Positions 35,930 to 48,836 are shown, counted from the stretch's first letter. The stretch is DNA of 55,198 bases from Octopus sinensis (GCF_006345805.1 NW_021833819.1:1-55198), one strand, 5' to 3'. The notes: generated by a model from the sequence alone, not told the origin. Numbers and translations: made by a program.

Positions 35930-36410
35930 ATGTCTGCCCGTTCCTGTGCTCGTTCGTTCGTTCTATCGGGGCTATTTTGGGAAGCAGTCGCAAAAGCCGA
36001 AGCCAGCCGACGTTATTACCGACAGTTGTCAGCACATAAATGAATGAATAAATAAATAAATAAAAATGCCACCCCTTCCTTCACCATCACTACTACCACC
36101 AGCAACAGCGGCAACAACAACAACAACAACAACAACAATAATAACAACAACAACAACATTTAACATGACATCAGCAACGAAAAGAACCCATTTCTCCACC
36201 CTCTTCGACAAGCCTCTTTTCCGAAAATTTAGCGCGAGAGAAGAGATATAAATGAAATTTTTAAATAGTTTAAACTTCACAAACACTTGACATTTGAAAT
36301 CAACACGTAGAGAGAAAGAGGGTAGACGGGAGCGATGGTAAGTTCCGGCTTGCTGTTTCACTTCCGACCCGGATGTTTTTGCCGTCGGCAGCAAATGATT
36401 CCACGTGCCT
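35930..36410 (+). promoter_or_regulatory. Possible promoter/first-exon region (CpG-retaining, ETS and E-box motifs, ATG|GTAAGT)
   Basis: Non-repeat CpG-rich patches. GAGCG-ATG (36335-36337) is followed directly by a consensus donor GTAAGT. ACTTCCG at 36360, CCGGATGT at 36369, CACGTG at about 36402. Confidence 0.3.
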
Positions 36411-36669
36411 ATACTTATATATGCAAAGCATATTTTCTTCTCAAATATCCCATAAGTTGATCCGTCATACATACTAGCACACAGAGATTCAGATGCCTTC
36501 ACCCGCACACGGATATGTACGCACACCTACACTTACATTAACAAAAACACTCATGCACAAGTGTTTGTTTATGCATATAGTTTTGTCTTTCTCTGATATT
36601 TTCCAATCCGCTTCTCCTTCTATCCTCCTCCTGCCTGCCTTTTCCTTCTTCCTTTCTTCTTCTCCCCTC

Positions 36670-36746
<77 letters not shown>

Positions 36747-36995
36747 CATGTGCGTATCTAAAACATATATATTTGAACATATTTTTATACATCATACATA
36801 TATATAGGTGTGTGTGTGTATGTGTATGTGTGTGTGTATGTATATATATATATATATAGATATATATATATAATATATATATATATTTTATATATATATA
36901 TATTATATATATATATACATATTATATACATATGCATGTATATATATATATATACAAGCATATATATGTATGTATATATATATGTGTGTTTGTAT

Positions 36996-37155
36996 AGGAG
37001 TGGTTGTGTAGTAAGTAGCTTGCTTACCAACCACATGGTTCCGGGTTCAGTCCCACTGTGTGGCACCGTGGACAAGTGTCTTCTACTATAGCCTCGGGCC
37101 GACCAAAGCCTTGTGAGTGGATTTGGTAGACGGAAACTGAAAGAAGCCCCTCGTA

Positions 37156-37196
<41 letters not shown>

Positions 37197-37398
37197 GTGT
37201 GTGTGTATGAGTATGTTTTTGTGTCGCCTGACAACCGATGCTGGTGTGTTTACGTCCCCGTAACTTAGCGGTTCGACATAAAAGACCGATAGAATAAGTA
37301 CTGGGCTTACAAAGAATAAGTCCAGGAGTCGATTTGCTCGACTAAAGGCGGTGTTCCAGCATGGCCTTAGTCAAATTACTGAAACAAGTAAAAGAGTA
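36996..37398 (+). mobile_element. Full-length S2 SINE
   Basis: AGGAGTGGTTGTGTAGTAAG head through TAGTCAAATTACTGAAACAAGTAAAAGAGT tail. Confidence 0.9.
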
Positions 37399-40115
37399 TA
37401 ACGGGAAGCTTTATGAAAATAAACAAAAGACGAAGGCAGGTGGAAAACAAACGAACAATTGTATTAGTATGGCGCTCAGGAAATATAAATAAAACAAGTC
37501 TTTAACGTTTCGAGCCTACGCTCTTCAACAGAAAGATACACAGAGAGAGAAAACCACAGAAAGAAGAGAGAAAAAAATGCGTGCAGTAGCTAACGAATCA
37601 ACATGGCGATCTGATTTCGGCCAGAGGTCAAAGATCAAACATGAGACGCGAGAGCGAAATAAGGGGAGATAATAGGGTTGATAAAAGGGTTGAGGGACCA
37701 GCTAAAAGTGCGTGGGAGGGGTCTGGATGTGTGTATGTATAGGGTTGGTGTATTATTAGTATGTATAAGGTGTGTGTGTGTGTATGAGAGAGTATTAGTG
37801 CGTAAGATTGGTCTGGACATGCGTATGTATGGGGTTGGTGTATGTATTAGTATGTATTAGTATGTATTAGTACTATTGGTATGTATAGGTATGTGTGGTG
37901 TAGAGAGTATAAGTGCGTATGCGGGGTCTGGACGTGTGTATGTATGGGGTTGGTGTAAGTATTAGTATGTACTAGTATGTATTAGTACGTATTAGTATGT
38001 ATTAGTTGGTGTGTGTATTATTATATGGCACATCATATGTGATGTGATGTGTAAAGTCATGTGGTGTAGTGAGGAGAAGGGGGGAGGGGGAGAAGAGGGG
38101 GAGAAGGGGAGGGGAAGAAGAGGGGAGGAGAAGGGGGAAGAGAGAGGATGGGAGAAGGAAGGGGATGAGGGGGATGAAGGAGGAAAGAGGGAGAGGGGGA
38201 GAGAGGGGAGAGAGAAGGGAGAGGAGGGGAGAAGGGAGTGAGGGAGCAGAGGAAGGGGAAGAGGGAGGGAGAAAGAGGGAAGAAAGGAAGGGGAGTAGGG
38301 TGAAAGGATGAAGGACTGAAGAAGTAGGGGTCGGGGGGAGAAAGGATAGGTGAGGAGGGGGGAGAGGGGGTTAGATGAGGAGGGGGGAGAATTGAGACCA
38401 AATGGCGTATAAGAGCGAAGAGAGAAGATTAATTCCTGTTCACGGCGCAAACACATAGGTGTTGCAAGGAGTGACCGGTGAGCGGAAATGGCGTGAGACC
38501 GGTGTGTCTTTCGCAAGGTGGATGTCACGAAGGTGTTCCGCGAACCGGTCAGCCAAGCGGCGTCCCTTTTGTCCGATGTACAAGGAATTGGAGAGAGCAA
38601 GAGATGCAATAGATAATATTGCTGGAGGTGCAGGTGAAGGAGTGGATGATGGATAGGGTCGATGGTGGGTGCTAGTGAGGCGTGGTGTTGGAGAGGTAAG
38701 GAGGCAACGTTGCGGCAACGTGGGCGGAGCAGGGGAACGAGCCGGGTTGGGAGGTAGGGTCAGGGAAGAGCTATGGACCAAAAGGTCCTCGAAGGTTGTG
38801 GGCTCGTTTGAAAGAGGGGAGGGGTCGGTAGGGAAAAGAGTGTGAAGTGGACGGGTCGGACTGGAGATGACGGAAAGCTCGAAGAATGGTGCGTTGGAGA
38901 CGTAGGGTCTGGGGTGGTAAGTGAGGGGAAAATGGAGGCGGGAGACTACAGGGCGGGTTCGGGAGAGATGAGCAGATACACGGTCCACGGACCGTGCTCT
39001 GGCAAGGGCGTGTGGATAGTGGTGAAGGGGGTATCCACGTAGGTGAAGTGGTGAGCCATACGTTGAGACTGAGTCTCAAAGTCATGGTCGTCACTACAGA
39101 GCCTACGTAGACGGAGGAATTGGGAATAGGGGATGGAAAGCTTGGTGTGTTCTGGTGGGAGGAAGAGAATTGAGGTATGAGTGTGAGTCTGTGTATTTTA
39201 GTGAATGGGGTGGTAAGAGTGGAGTGAAGAATGCTAACCGAAATGTCGAGGAAGGAGACAGAGGTGTTGGAGATAGTGGAAGTGAAGTGGAGGGCTGGAT
39301 GTGAAAGATTGGACGAAAGAGGGAAGGAATCTAGATGTTCGCGGGAGAGTGAGGTGGCATGGCACCATAATTCGTCAATATAACGACCATATAGTTCAGG
39401 AGTGGGACCAGTGAAATTAGAGAATATTTGGGCCTCAACATAGCCAACGAACAGGTTCGCATAGTTGGGGCCCCATTCGCTTTCCCATGGCCACTCCCGA
39501 GACCTGATGGTAGAACTCGCCCGCGAACGAGAAGCATTTCAGAGTAAGGACAAGTTCGCAGACGAATGAGTGTGGAGGTGTCAGGTACAGGGTTAGAGCG
39601 GAGGTCAAGAAAGTGTCGAAGGGCCTGCAGTCCTTCGTGTGAGGGATAACAGTATAGAGGCTTCGGATGTCCATAGTAAAAAGGATTTTGGAGGAGCCGG
39701 GAGGAAAGGAGAAAGAGTTGAAAAGCCGGAGAGCATGGTTGGTATCGTGGATGTGGGAGGGAAGAGATGCCACTAGGGGGGCAAGGACACGGTCGAGGTA
39801 TTTAGAGATGAGCTCCGTGGGGCAGTTACAGGCGGAGACGATGGGCGGCCAGGGTTGTTGGGTTTGTGGATTTTGGGGAGGAAGTAAATGGTGGGGGTAC
39901 GTGGGGTTCGCACAATTAGGTTGGATGCGGGTGCGGGGAGACTGGAGGACGAGATGAGGTCTTGGACGGTAGAGGATACCGTCTGTTGTAGCTACGTGTG
40001 GGGTTAGACGGCAAGGGGAATAGAAGGAGGTGTCATTGAGTTGGCGGAAAGCCTCGGCCTATAGAGGTCCGCGCGCCACACCACTACAGCTCCACCCTTG
40101 TCAGCCGGTTTGATA
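37398..40115 (-). mobile_element. 5'-truncated Penelope-like element: RT plus GIY-YIG pseudogene, low-complexity 3' region and HHR-bearing pseudo-LTR
   Basis: IKPADKGGAVVVW (about 40114), LFTMDIRSLYTVIPH, QVSGVAMG..MGP, YGRYIDE, FLDISV, SIPYSQFLRLRRLCS, then IIYCISC..LYIGQKGRRLADRFAEHLRDI..VSRHF (GIY-YIG, about 38620-38470). Many frameshifts. The HHR is at 37500-37535. Confidence 0.92.
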
Positions 40116-40349
40116 CACACACACACACATGTATTTATATATTCATATATACAAAACATAAATATACATACATCTATATCCACACACTTCAAAAAATCCC
40201 GGATATGTCTCCAACAATAATCACACTTTGAATAGAGTGGGCCATGATGCCTCATACATGAATAAACGACTTCACCAGGTGTTGCTATTAAGTTAGTCAC
40301 GGCCTGGGCCTAAATTGGCCGAAGACTATCAAAGTTATCAAAGTTATAT

Positions 40350-40388
<39 letters not shown>

Positions 40389-40557
40389 TATATTTCGATG
40401 GGAGAGTAAATTATCCTGTTTACCGTCAACATGAAAAATTCGATAAACCGATACCAGGGTAGAAATTCACGTCAGAAATACGGTTGAAGCGACCTATCCA
40501 AAGCTAAAACTCGGGTTCATGTGCAGGAATTTTGTTACATCTTCATTCAACTCCATT

Positions 40558-40591
<34 letters not shown>

Positions 40592-40602
40592 ATATATATA
40601 TA

Positions 40603-40827
40603 TCTTTTACTCTTGTTTCAGTCATTTGTCTGTGGCCATGCTGACTGAGCACCGCCTTTAGTCAAGCAAATCGACCCCAGGACTTATTCTTTGTAAGCCT
40701 AGTACTTATTCTATAGATCCCTTTTGCCGAACCGCTAAGTGACGGGGAAGTAAACACACCAGCATCGGTTGTCAAGCGATGTTGGGGGAGGGGAGACAAA
40801 CACAGACACACAAACATACACACACTT

Positions 40828-40868
<41 letters not shown>

Positions 40869-41020
40869 GATACGACGGGCTTCTTTCAGTTTCCGTCTAC
40901 CAAATCCACTCACAAGGCTTTGGTCGGCCCGAGGCTATAGTAGAAGACACTTGCCCAAGGTGCCACGGAACCCGGAACCATGTGGTTCGTAAGCAAGCTA
41001 CTTACCGCTCAGCCACTCCT
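40603..41020 (-). mobile_element. Full-length S2 SINE
   Basis: All modules present, with internal (TA)n(TG)n. Confidence 0.9.
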
Positions 41021-41048
41021 ACGCTATATATATATGTATATATATGTT

Positions 41049-41144
<96 letters not shown>

Positions 41145-41219
41145 ATATTAGTATATGTATATATATAGTGTATGTATATATATGTATATAGGTATATATA
41201 TGGTATATATTATGCTATG

Positions 41220-41273
<54 letters not shown>

Positions 41274-41989
41274 TGTGTGTATGTATGTATATATATACTG
41301 TGTATGTGGATATAGATTATTGTATCTATGTGGCATATATGAGTATTTATATAGTTACTATAGGTGTATACGTACATTCACGCATATGATAAACAGACAG
41401 ACCGACAGACAGACAGATAGACAGATAGATATGCATGCATACGTACATACATTCGTACATACATACATACATACATACATACATTCGTACATACATACAT
41501 ACATACATACATACAACATACATACATACATACATACATACATACATACATACATGCGTACCTACGTACAAAGGAGCGTGAGGTTGTGCCAAGCAACTTT
41601 TGATACTGTAGGATGTAAGCGAACATCAGAGAAGCCTTGTGCTTATATGACTTCATTAAAGAAGTATTCGATTCTGTTCTCCACTCATGGCTGCAGAAGA
41701 CACAGTATTAAAGAAAAATACCTGCTGCTTTATTTTCTGTAATTGAAAGGCCCACAGTGAGGTGGTCAATGATTCTCACATTTGTAACTGAAGGCAGAAC
41801 AATTGTCTCCGATATTATAAATATTTGAAAGGAAATATTTCCGAGCGACAGTCTGGATGTGTCTCTATTTATTTTGGCACTAAAAGAACTGTCATTTGCG
41901 AGAATCCACTGGTTATGTGCCAGGGTTTACAATAGCAATGTAATCCACAGTTTCTTTTTGACAGTCTCATAATCAATATACACAATATT

Positions 41990-42950
41990 TACAATGCTGA
42001 TATAGGAATGGAATCTGGCCAAAAGAAATGTTCATATTTGATAGCTAGCCGCAGAAAATCTCCAAACCTTTGCATTAATAGTTCCTCAATATCCTTTTTT
42101 CTATGCAACGAGTAACACAAACACCTAGATATTGATGAAAATACATCATACACAGGTGTTCTGAACAAAGATAAAGTGTCCAAAGAATATCATACCAAAC
42201 TAAAAAATAGGGATCAGTTGGAGCATTCGTCTCGCAAGGCATGCCACGAAATATTTGGGGTACCAAATTCTGTTAGCAATAACTGGGGTACTTGACTGAT
42301 TTATACAGGAGTCCGCTCCATAGGTATTTAAATCCAAAAGATCTTGATATCAACTGTAAATTCTTTCAGAGACAGTGATATTGACAGAATCTCTCTCAGA
42401 AGAAGAGGGAGGAATGAGCTTAAGATTAGTGGCAGTCTATCTTTCGGATCACTCAAGCAGCATTTGCTAAACAATAGCTGTAAAAATAAATACACCTTGG
42501 TCCTCAAACGTCAAGAGAATATCATCCTGTGAGTCGGTGATGAACTTTTAAAGAAGTACTCACTTCCTGAGTCTCGCTGCCATGTAAACCTAGAATTTCA
42601 GGACAAGTATACTTCAATAATAACCTAAAAGACAAAGGTTCAACTCACCACAAAGAGATTATGCATAGGTATGCTTCCAGTAAGCCTGGAAATTATATTT
42701 TTAACATGAAGAGCTGCTTCTCTTGAATTCGTGATCTTTATAACACGTCATCTCCAAGGCTATGCACATGCAATTCAAGTGCAGTGAAAGCTACAAAATG
42801 TCTTCTAAACAAAAAACAAAAAAAAAGAAAAACAGTGAAACCGCTAAGATACAACTGCAACTGTCGATAATGGAACATTTCTGCAGAAGACATTACTCAG
42901 CAGCTGTCCAAAAATAATATATCATCGAAATATTATTTCCTGTTACTAAA
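41990..42950 (+). pseudogene. Old R4/Dong-type LINE RT and zinc-knuckle remnant
   Basis: DIGMESGQKKCSYL, HLDIDENTSYTGVLNKDKVSKEY and DSDIDRISLRRRGRNEL (cf. DIGMEFG.DKC, KYLGIDENI, IDRLYL.R..GGRGL). Heavily decayed. Confidence 0.6.
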
Positions 42951-43186
42951 AGGATATGCAATACGTTCTGTAGATAAGACTTGAGAGAAATATGTTCAAA
43001 TCCTATTACTGTCAACTTTACCTTTCATCCTTCCGGGGTCGGTGAAATAAGAACCAGTTGAGTACGGGGGGATGGAGTCAATGTCATCGACTTACCGTCT
43101 CCTCTGAAATTGCTGGCCTTGAGCCAAAATTAGAAATCATCATCATTTTGATCATCATCATCATCATTGTTATTATTGTTTTATTA

Positions 43187-44365
43187 TTTTTTTTTTCTTC
43201 TTTCAAATTTGCTTCCATTTCTTGCCGAGTGTCTTCCCGACGCCTAGGGCAAAGAAACTCATAGTATACATTGGTAGGCCATTAAACTAAACTCAATAGT
43301 TCGTTCATTTTTTTTAAAGTTAAATTGAAATACATGGGTAGTAATAGTTCTCACATCGACAATGCTCTTCTCAATACGTGTGATGTACCAGTTAAGACAA
43401 TCTTTTGCACTTCTTGCAGGGATCTTAAGCCAGGGATCATTCTCATATAATTTTCGGTTCCCTTCTTGATCATTCCTAGTGCTCCTACGATCACTGGTAT
43501 TGTAACCGCCTTGAGATGCCACATTTTCTCAATTTCAATGAGTAGGTCTTTATATTTTCTGAGCTTGTCAAACTCTTTCGCCGAGATATTATGATCACAG
43601 GGGATGCTCATGTCGATCAATAAGCAAACTTTATTATTTTGGTCTTTCACAACAATATCTGGTTTATTGGCCTTGATGGTTCGATCTGTATGTACTGGAA
43701 AGTCCCACAGAATCGTTACATTTTCTCCTTCAGTTACAGATTCAGGGTGGTGATTATACCACTTGTCGGCACTTTTGATATTGTAATGCCGACTTATTAG
43801 CCAGTGTAGATATAGGCCAACTCTGTCATGTCTTAATTTATACTCCACTGGTGCTAAGACTTTACATCCAGAGATTAGGTGGTCGACTGTTCAATCGTGT
43901 TGCAGAATCGGCATTTTGGGTCTGCTCCATTTTTCATCACATTGGCCTGGTAGTTCCGGGTTAATAGGCTTTGATCTTGAGCAGCCAGGATGAAACCTTC
44001 GCTCTCTGCTTTTAGCCCTGAGCTCCGTAGCCACTGATGGGTTTGCCTCTGGTCAACATCAGCTTGTTTGCTGCGGGCCACATATTTGCCGTGCAGAGGT
44101 TTCTCCTCCCACCTATCAGCCAATTGATCGTGCGTTTTTTCGTTGCCATTATTTTCACCTTCTTTGCAACAATAGTTGCCGTACTTCCCTCGGGTTGTTC
44201 AGTTTGGGTATCCTGCACGAGATCAATAGCAAATTTTTTGCTTTCCTTTATGATAGAATGAAGCTTCTTTCGTCTCTCGTGATTTTCCACGAGCTTTAGC
44301 ATCCAGTCATTCGTTATTTCAAGATATTTGGCCAGTCCAATTGTGGTTGTTTTTTAAGCTAGTTC
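43187..44365 (-). mobile_element. R4/Dong-type LINE, 5'-truncated (CCHC plus REL endonuclease)
   Basis: WEEKPLHGKY..LKAESEGFILAAQDQSLLTRNY..CRFC..RHDRVGLYLHW..ILWDFPVHTDRTIKANKPDIVV..LIDMSIP..KEFDKLRKYKDL..PVIVGALG (PD-(D/E)xK). One frameshift at about 43870. Confidence 0.95.
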
Positions 44366-44491
44366 AAATTGGATCAGGCCTCGACCGCCTTGGGCACTGA
44401 GAAGGTAAAGGCGATCTACGTCTGCCTTTGGGTGGTGCATGCTATTACATCCTATTATATTATTATTATTATTATTTTATTATTATTATTA

Positions 44492-44540
<49 letters not shown>

Positions 44541-44557
44541 GTTATTGTTATTATATA

Positions 44558-45312
44558 TTCTGAGTTCAAATTCCGGCGAAGTCGACTTTACCTTTCATCC
44601 TTTCGGGGTAGATAAATTAAGTACCAGTGAAACCCGGGGGTCGATATAATCGGCTTATCCCCGCCCCCAAAATTGCTGCCTTTGTGGCAACATTTGTAAC
44701 CATTTAAGGCAGCGGGATGGCAGAAACGTTAGCACGCCGGGCGAAATGCTTAACGGTATTTCGTCTGAGTTCAAATTCCACTCAGGTTGACTTTGCCTTT
44801 CATCCTTTTGGGGTCGATAAATTAAGTACCAGTTACGCACTGGGGGCTACTTAATCCGTTTGTCTGTCCTTGTTTGTCCTCTCTGTGTTTAGCCCCTTGT
44901 GGGTAGTAAAGAAATAGGTATTTCGTCTGTCGTTACGTTCTGAGTTCATATTTTGCTGAAGTTGACTTTGCCTTTCATCCTTTCGGGGTCGATAAATTAA
45001 GTACCAGTTACGCACTGGAGTCGATGTAATCAACTTAATCCGTTTGTCTGTCCTTGTTTGTCCCCTCTATGTTTATCCCTTTGTGGGCAATAAATAAATA
45101 AGAAACGTTAGCGCATTGGACAAAATGCTTAGCAGTGTTTCGCCCGTTGCTTCTTTCAGAGTTCAAATTCCGCCGAGGTCAATTTTGCCTTTCATCCTTT
45201 CGGGATCGATGGAATAAATAACAGTTGAGTACTGGGGGTCGATCTAATCGCCTATCCGACTATCCCCGTCCCCCAAATTTTAGGCCTTGTGCCTATAGTA
45301 GAAAGGTTTATT
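44558..45312 (+). mobile_element. Tandem array of four S1 SINE units
   Basis: Four repeats of the GCCTTTCATCCTTT(C/T)GGGGTCGATAAA core, with both tail types and both junction types. Confidence 0.88.
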
Positions 45313-45331
45313 ACCATCATCATCATCATCA

Positions 45332-45396
<65 letters not shown>

Positions 45397-45831
45397 GAAA
45401 ACACTAATTAGGTTTAATTTCTTCTTAATTATATTATCACATGAGAATTTAACGTTATTCAGAATTAGAATTTTGCATTATCTATAATTGTGTTTACATA
45501 TTTAGAAAATTAAAAAACAGAAACAAACATATATTTACAAAGCAATTACAGCCCATAATTAATTATTGTCTACTTCAAAAAGAGAAAGAGAAAGAAGCAA
45601 ATCTGTATAAGAAACAAACGAAAAATTAAAGCAATAACTTGATTTAAAGCGACTAATTAGTTCTATTGTATTTCATCGATGTTTTGCTTAAAGATTTTCT
45701 CATATCGTGTGTAAGAGTAAATAGTTTTTTAACGTTTCTGATTATTAGCAACAATGTTTATACATACTTACATACACACATATATATGTATACATACATA
45801 CACACACACATACATACATAGATATATATAT

Positions 45832-45875
<44 letters not shown>

Positions 45876-45915
45876 TATAATATATATACATATATATATA
45901 TCATATATATATACA

Positions 45916-45982
<67 letters not shown>

Positions 45983-46398
45983 TATATATATATACATATA
46001 TGTATAATATCTGCTAGACTGTCTAAAGTGGCTAAACATTGCAATTGTTGAGAAGTGGAGTGAATTAGTGCGTATGAATGAATGAATATTTATGTAAACG
46101 TTATGATTATGAAATAACAGTGCTGACGGAATTTTAAAAATAAATGAAGAACTATCGAAATTGGAGGAGTTATTTGACAGAATGGTGTAGAGTTGCGACC
46201 ACTTTATCTTCGCAGATTTTATTTCTTTATATTAGTATTACGTCAAAATTTTATAAAGGTTGGTAGTCATATTCATACCGATATAGGTACCGGGTTGGTC
46301 GACTAGGTGATATACTACACCTGCAACGTATATCGTTTAGCATGGTTTTGTCTGGTTATAATTCGCCCAGGTTTGTTCTATTTTTTTGTTTCCTGTAG

Positions 46399-46611
46399 AC
46401 ATGGCCAGTAATTCCATTTTTTTTCTTTTTATTCCTTTATTTATCAGTACAGACTAATGAATCAGTTAAGTGCTAGATAAAATGCCTTGTCGACTTTATG
46501 CGTTTAAGTTGAAATTTATACGATAGACTATAGCGCGCGACGGGTATGATTTACGCAAAGTCAGTCTCCAGGGATTGGGAACTCAGAATGAGAGAACTAA
46601 CTCAAGATCCG
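46399..46611 (+). other. Exon-like unique stretch (possible disrupted exon(s) of a host gene)
   Basis: Strong acceptor TTTTTTTGTTTCCTGTAG|46399. ATG at 46401 gives a signal-peptide-like MASNSIFFLFIPLFISTD*. A downstream open frame TIARDGYDLRKVSLQGLGTQNERTNSRS ends at donor-like CCG|GTAATA. No single open frame spans the region. Confidence 0.2.
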
Positions 46612-46677
46612 GTAATACATATTTTTACAAAACTTTCATACAATGATGATGATGATGAAGATGATGATGATGATGAC

Positions 46678-46715
<38 letters not shown>

Positions 46716-46734
46716 CGACGATGATGATAATGAC

Positions 46735-47006
46735 AATTTGAAATTATAAGTATTTGAAGTAAGAAAACTGTTATGGTTGTCTGTAATGATTGGTGCATTG
46801 GGAACTGTAAGCAAAGATACAGATAAATGATTGACAGAGATTGAAATAGGATGTCCTATAGAGTTTCTACGGAAAGTTTGCTTCTTAAAGACAAGAAAGA
46901 TTATCAAGTTAGTTCTAAGCACTCGAAAGACTTTTGAAAGCATGTGGATACCTAAGGTTACAGGTAGAAACCTGCTACCCACATAAGAACGAACCTGAAT
47001 CAAATC

Positions 47007-47008
<2 letters not shown>
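46735..47008 (+). mobile_element. R4/Dong-type LINE extreme 3' fragment (third family)
   Basis: VMIGALGTVSKDTDK*LTEIEIGCPIEFLRKVCFL.T.KII..VL plus a short 3' UTR. (GAT)n upstream and (AAT)n downstream. Confidence 0.7.
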
Positions 47009-47070
<62 letters not shown>

Positions 47071-47883
47071 GATGCAGTACCAATGCCCTGATGCAGTATA
47101 AATGCCCTGATGCAGTACCAGGCAGCGGCTCTCATGGCTTCTGATCTTAACTGACTGGAAGTGTTATCATGTACATTGTGTTGTCTTGGTATAAAAGATG
47201 AGCTACAGCAAATATTCTGCTCAATACCTATTTCTTTACTACCCACTAGGGGCTAAACACAGAGAGGACAAACAAGGACAGACAAAGGGATTAAGTCGAT
47301 TACATCGACCCCAGTGCGAAACTAGTACTTAATTTATCGACCCCGAAAGGATGAAAGGCAAAGTCGACCGCAGCGGAATTTGAACTCAGAACGTAACGGC
47401 AGACGAAATACGGTTACGCATTCGCCCGGCGCGCTAACGTGTCTGCCAGCTCTTGCTTGTCCAGTTGTTTGACCGTAACCAGTTGAGCATGTCCCTTAGT
47501 GGCTGACGATATGTGCATCTCTGATCACGAGCAGAAGTAGTGGGGGAGCATCATAGCCATGTGTTGAGAGGGATTCTTTGGGGTTTGAATGATTCACCTC
47601 TGGAAACATGGGTGTTTCATTCAACATCCTTAAACAACCCTTATTCAGGGACCTTTTGAGTGGGATGGGTTACCCAACTAGAAGAAAATGCTAACTGGGC
47701 CCCACCCGCAAGGTCATGCGCTGTTTATCTTGTTATGAGATCACCATGTCGCGCACATATGGTTGTGATGCATGTGTCTGGTGTACCCTTATCAGACGGG
47801 TAGTCATGATGGGTATACTGGGCTTCGTATATTTTACCCCAGTGTCACTTTGATGGCATGCACTGCTCTCTCACTCAATAATA

Positions 47884-47957
<74 letters not shown>

Positions 47958-48758
47958 GATGCAGTACCAATGCCCTGATGCAGTATAAATGCCCTGATGC
48001 AGTACCAGGCAGCGGCTCTCATGGCTTCTGATCTTAACTGACTGGAAGTGTTATCATGTACATTGTGTTGTCTTGGTATAAAAGATGAGCTACAGCAAAT
48101 ATTCTGCTCAATACCTATTCTTTACTACCACTAGGGGCTAAACACAGAGAGGACAAACAAGGACAGACAAAGGGATTAAGTCGATTACATCGACCCCAGT
48201 GCGAAACTAGTACTTAATTTATCGACCCCGAAAGGATGAAAGGCAAAGTCGACCGCAGCGGAATTTGAACTCAGAACGTAACGGCAGACGAAATACGGTT
48301 ACGCATTTCGCCCGGCGCGCTAACGTGTCTGCCAGCTCTTGCTTGTCAGTTGTTTGACCGTAACCAGTTGAGCATGTCCCTTAGTGGCTGACGATATGTG
48401 CATCTCTGATCACGAGCAGAAGTAGTGGGGGAGCATCATAGCCATGTGTTGAGAGGGATTCTTTGGGGTTTGAATGATCACCTCTGGAAACATGGGTGTT
48501 TCATTCAACATCCTAAACAACCCTATTCAGGGACCTTTTGAGTGGGATGGGTTACCCAACTAGAAGAAAATGCTAACTGGGCCCCACCCGCAAGGTCATG
48601 CGCTGTTTATCTTGTTATGAGATCACCATGTCGCGCACATATGGTTGTGATGCATGTGTCTGGTGTACCCTTATCAGACGGGTAGTCATGATGGGTATAC
48701 TGGGCTTCGTATATTTTACCCCAGTGTCACTTTGATGGCATGCACTGCTCTCTCACTC

Positions 48759-48836
<78 letters not shown>
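47071..48836 (+). repeat. 887-bp tandem duplication: TAA-embedded non-coding element plus nested S1 SINE plus (AAT)n, two copies
   Basis: Units start at 47071 and 47958. The S1 insertion is at the same site in both (47229-47452 and 48116-48340). The differences I found are only 1-nt homopolymer indels. Confidence 0.92.

Noticed and set aside
38050-38375. G/A-rich block giving Pro/Ser- or Gly/Glu-rich ORFs
   Set aside because: Low-complexity polypurine tract in the 3' region of the Penelope element, not a host CDS.
44558-45312. CRISPR-like or satellite interpretation of the recurring S1 core repeats
   Set aside because: The units are 150-250-bp SINE copies with homologous, not unique, intervening sequence. 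The DNA is eukaryotic and has no cas genes.
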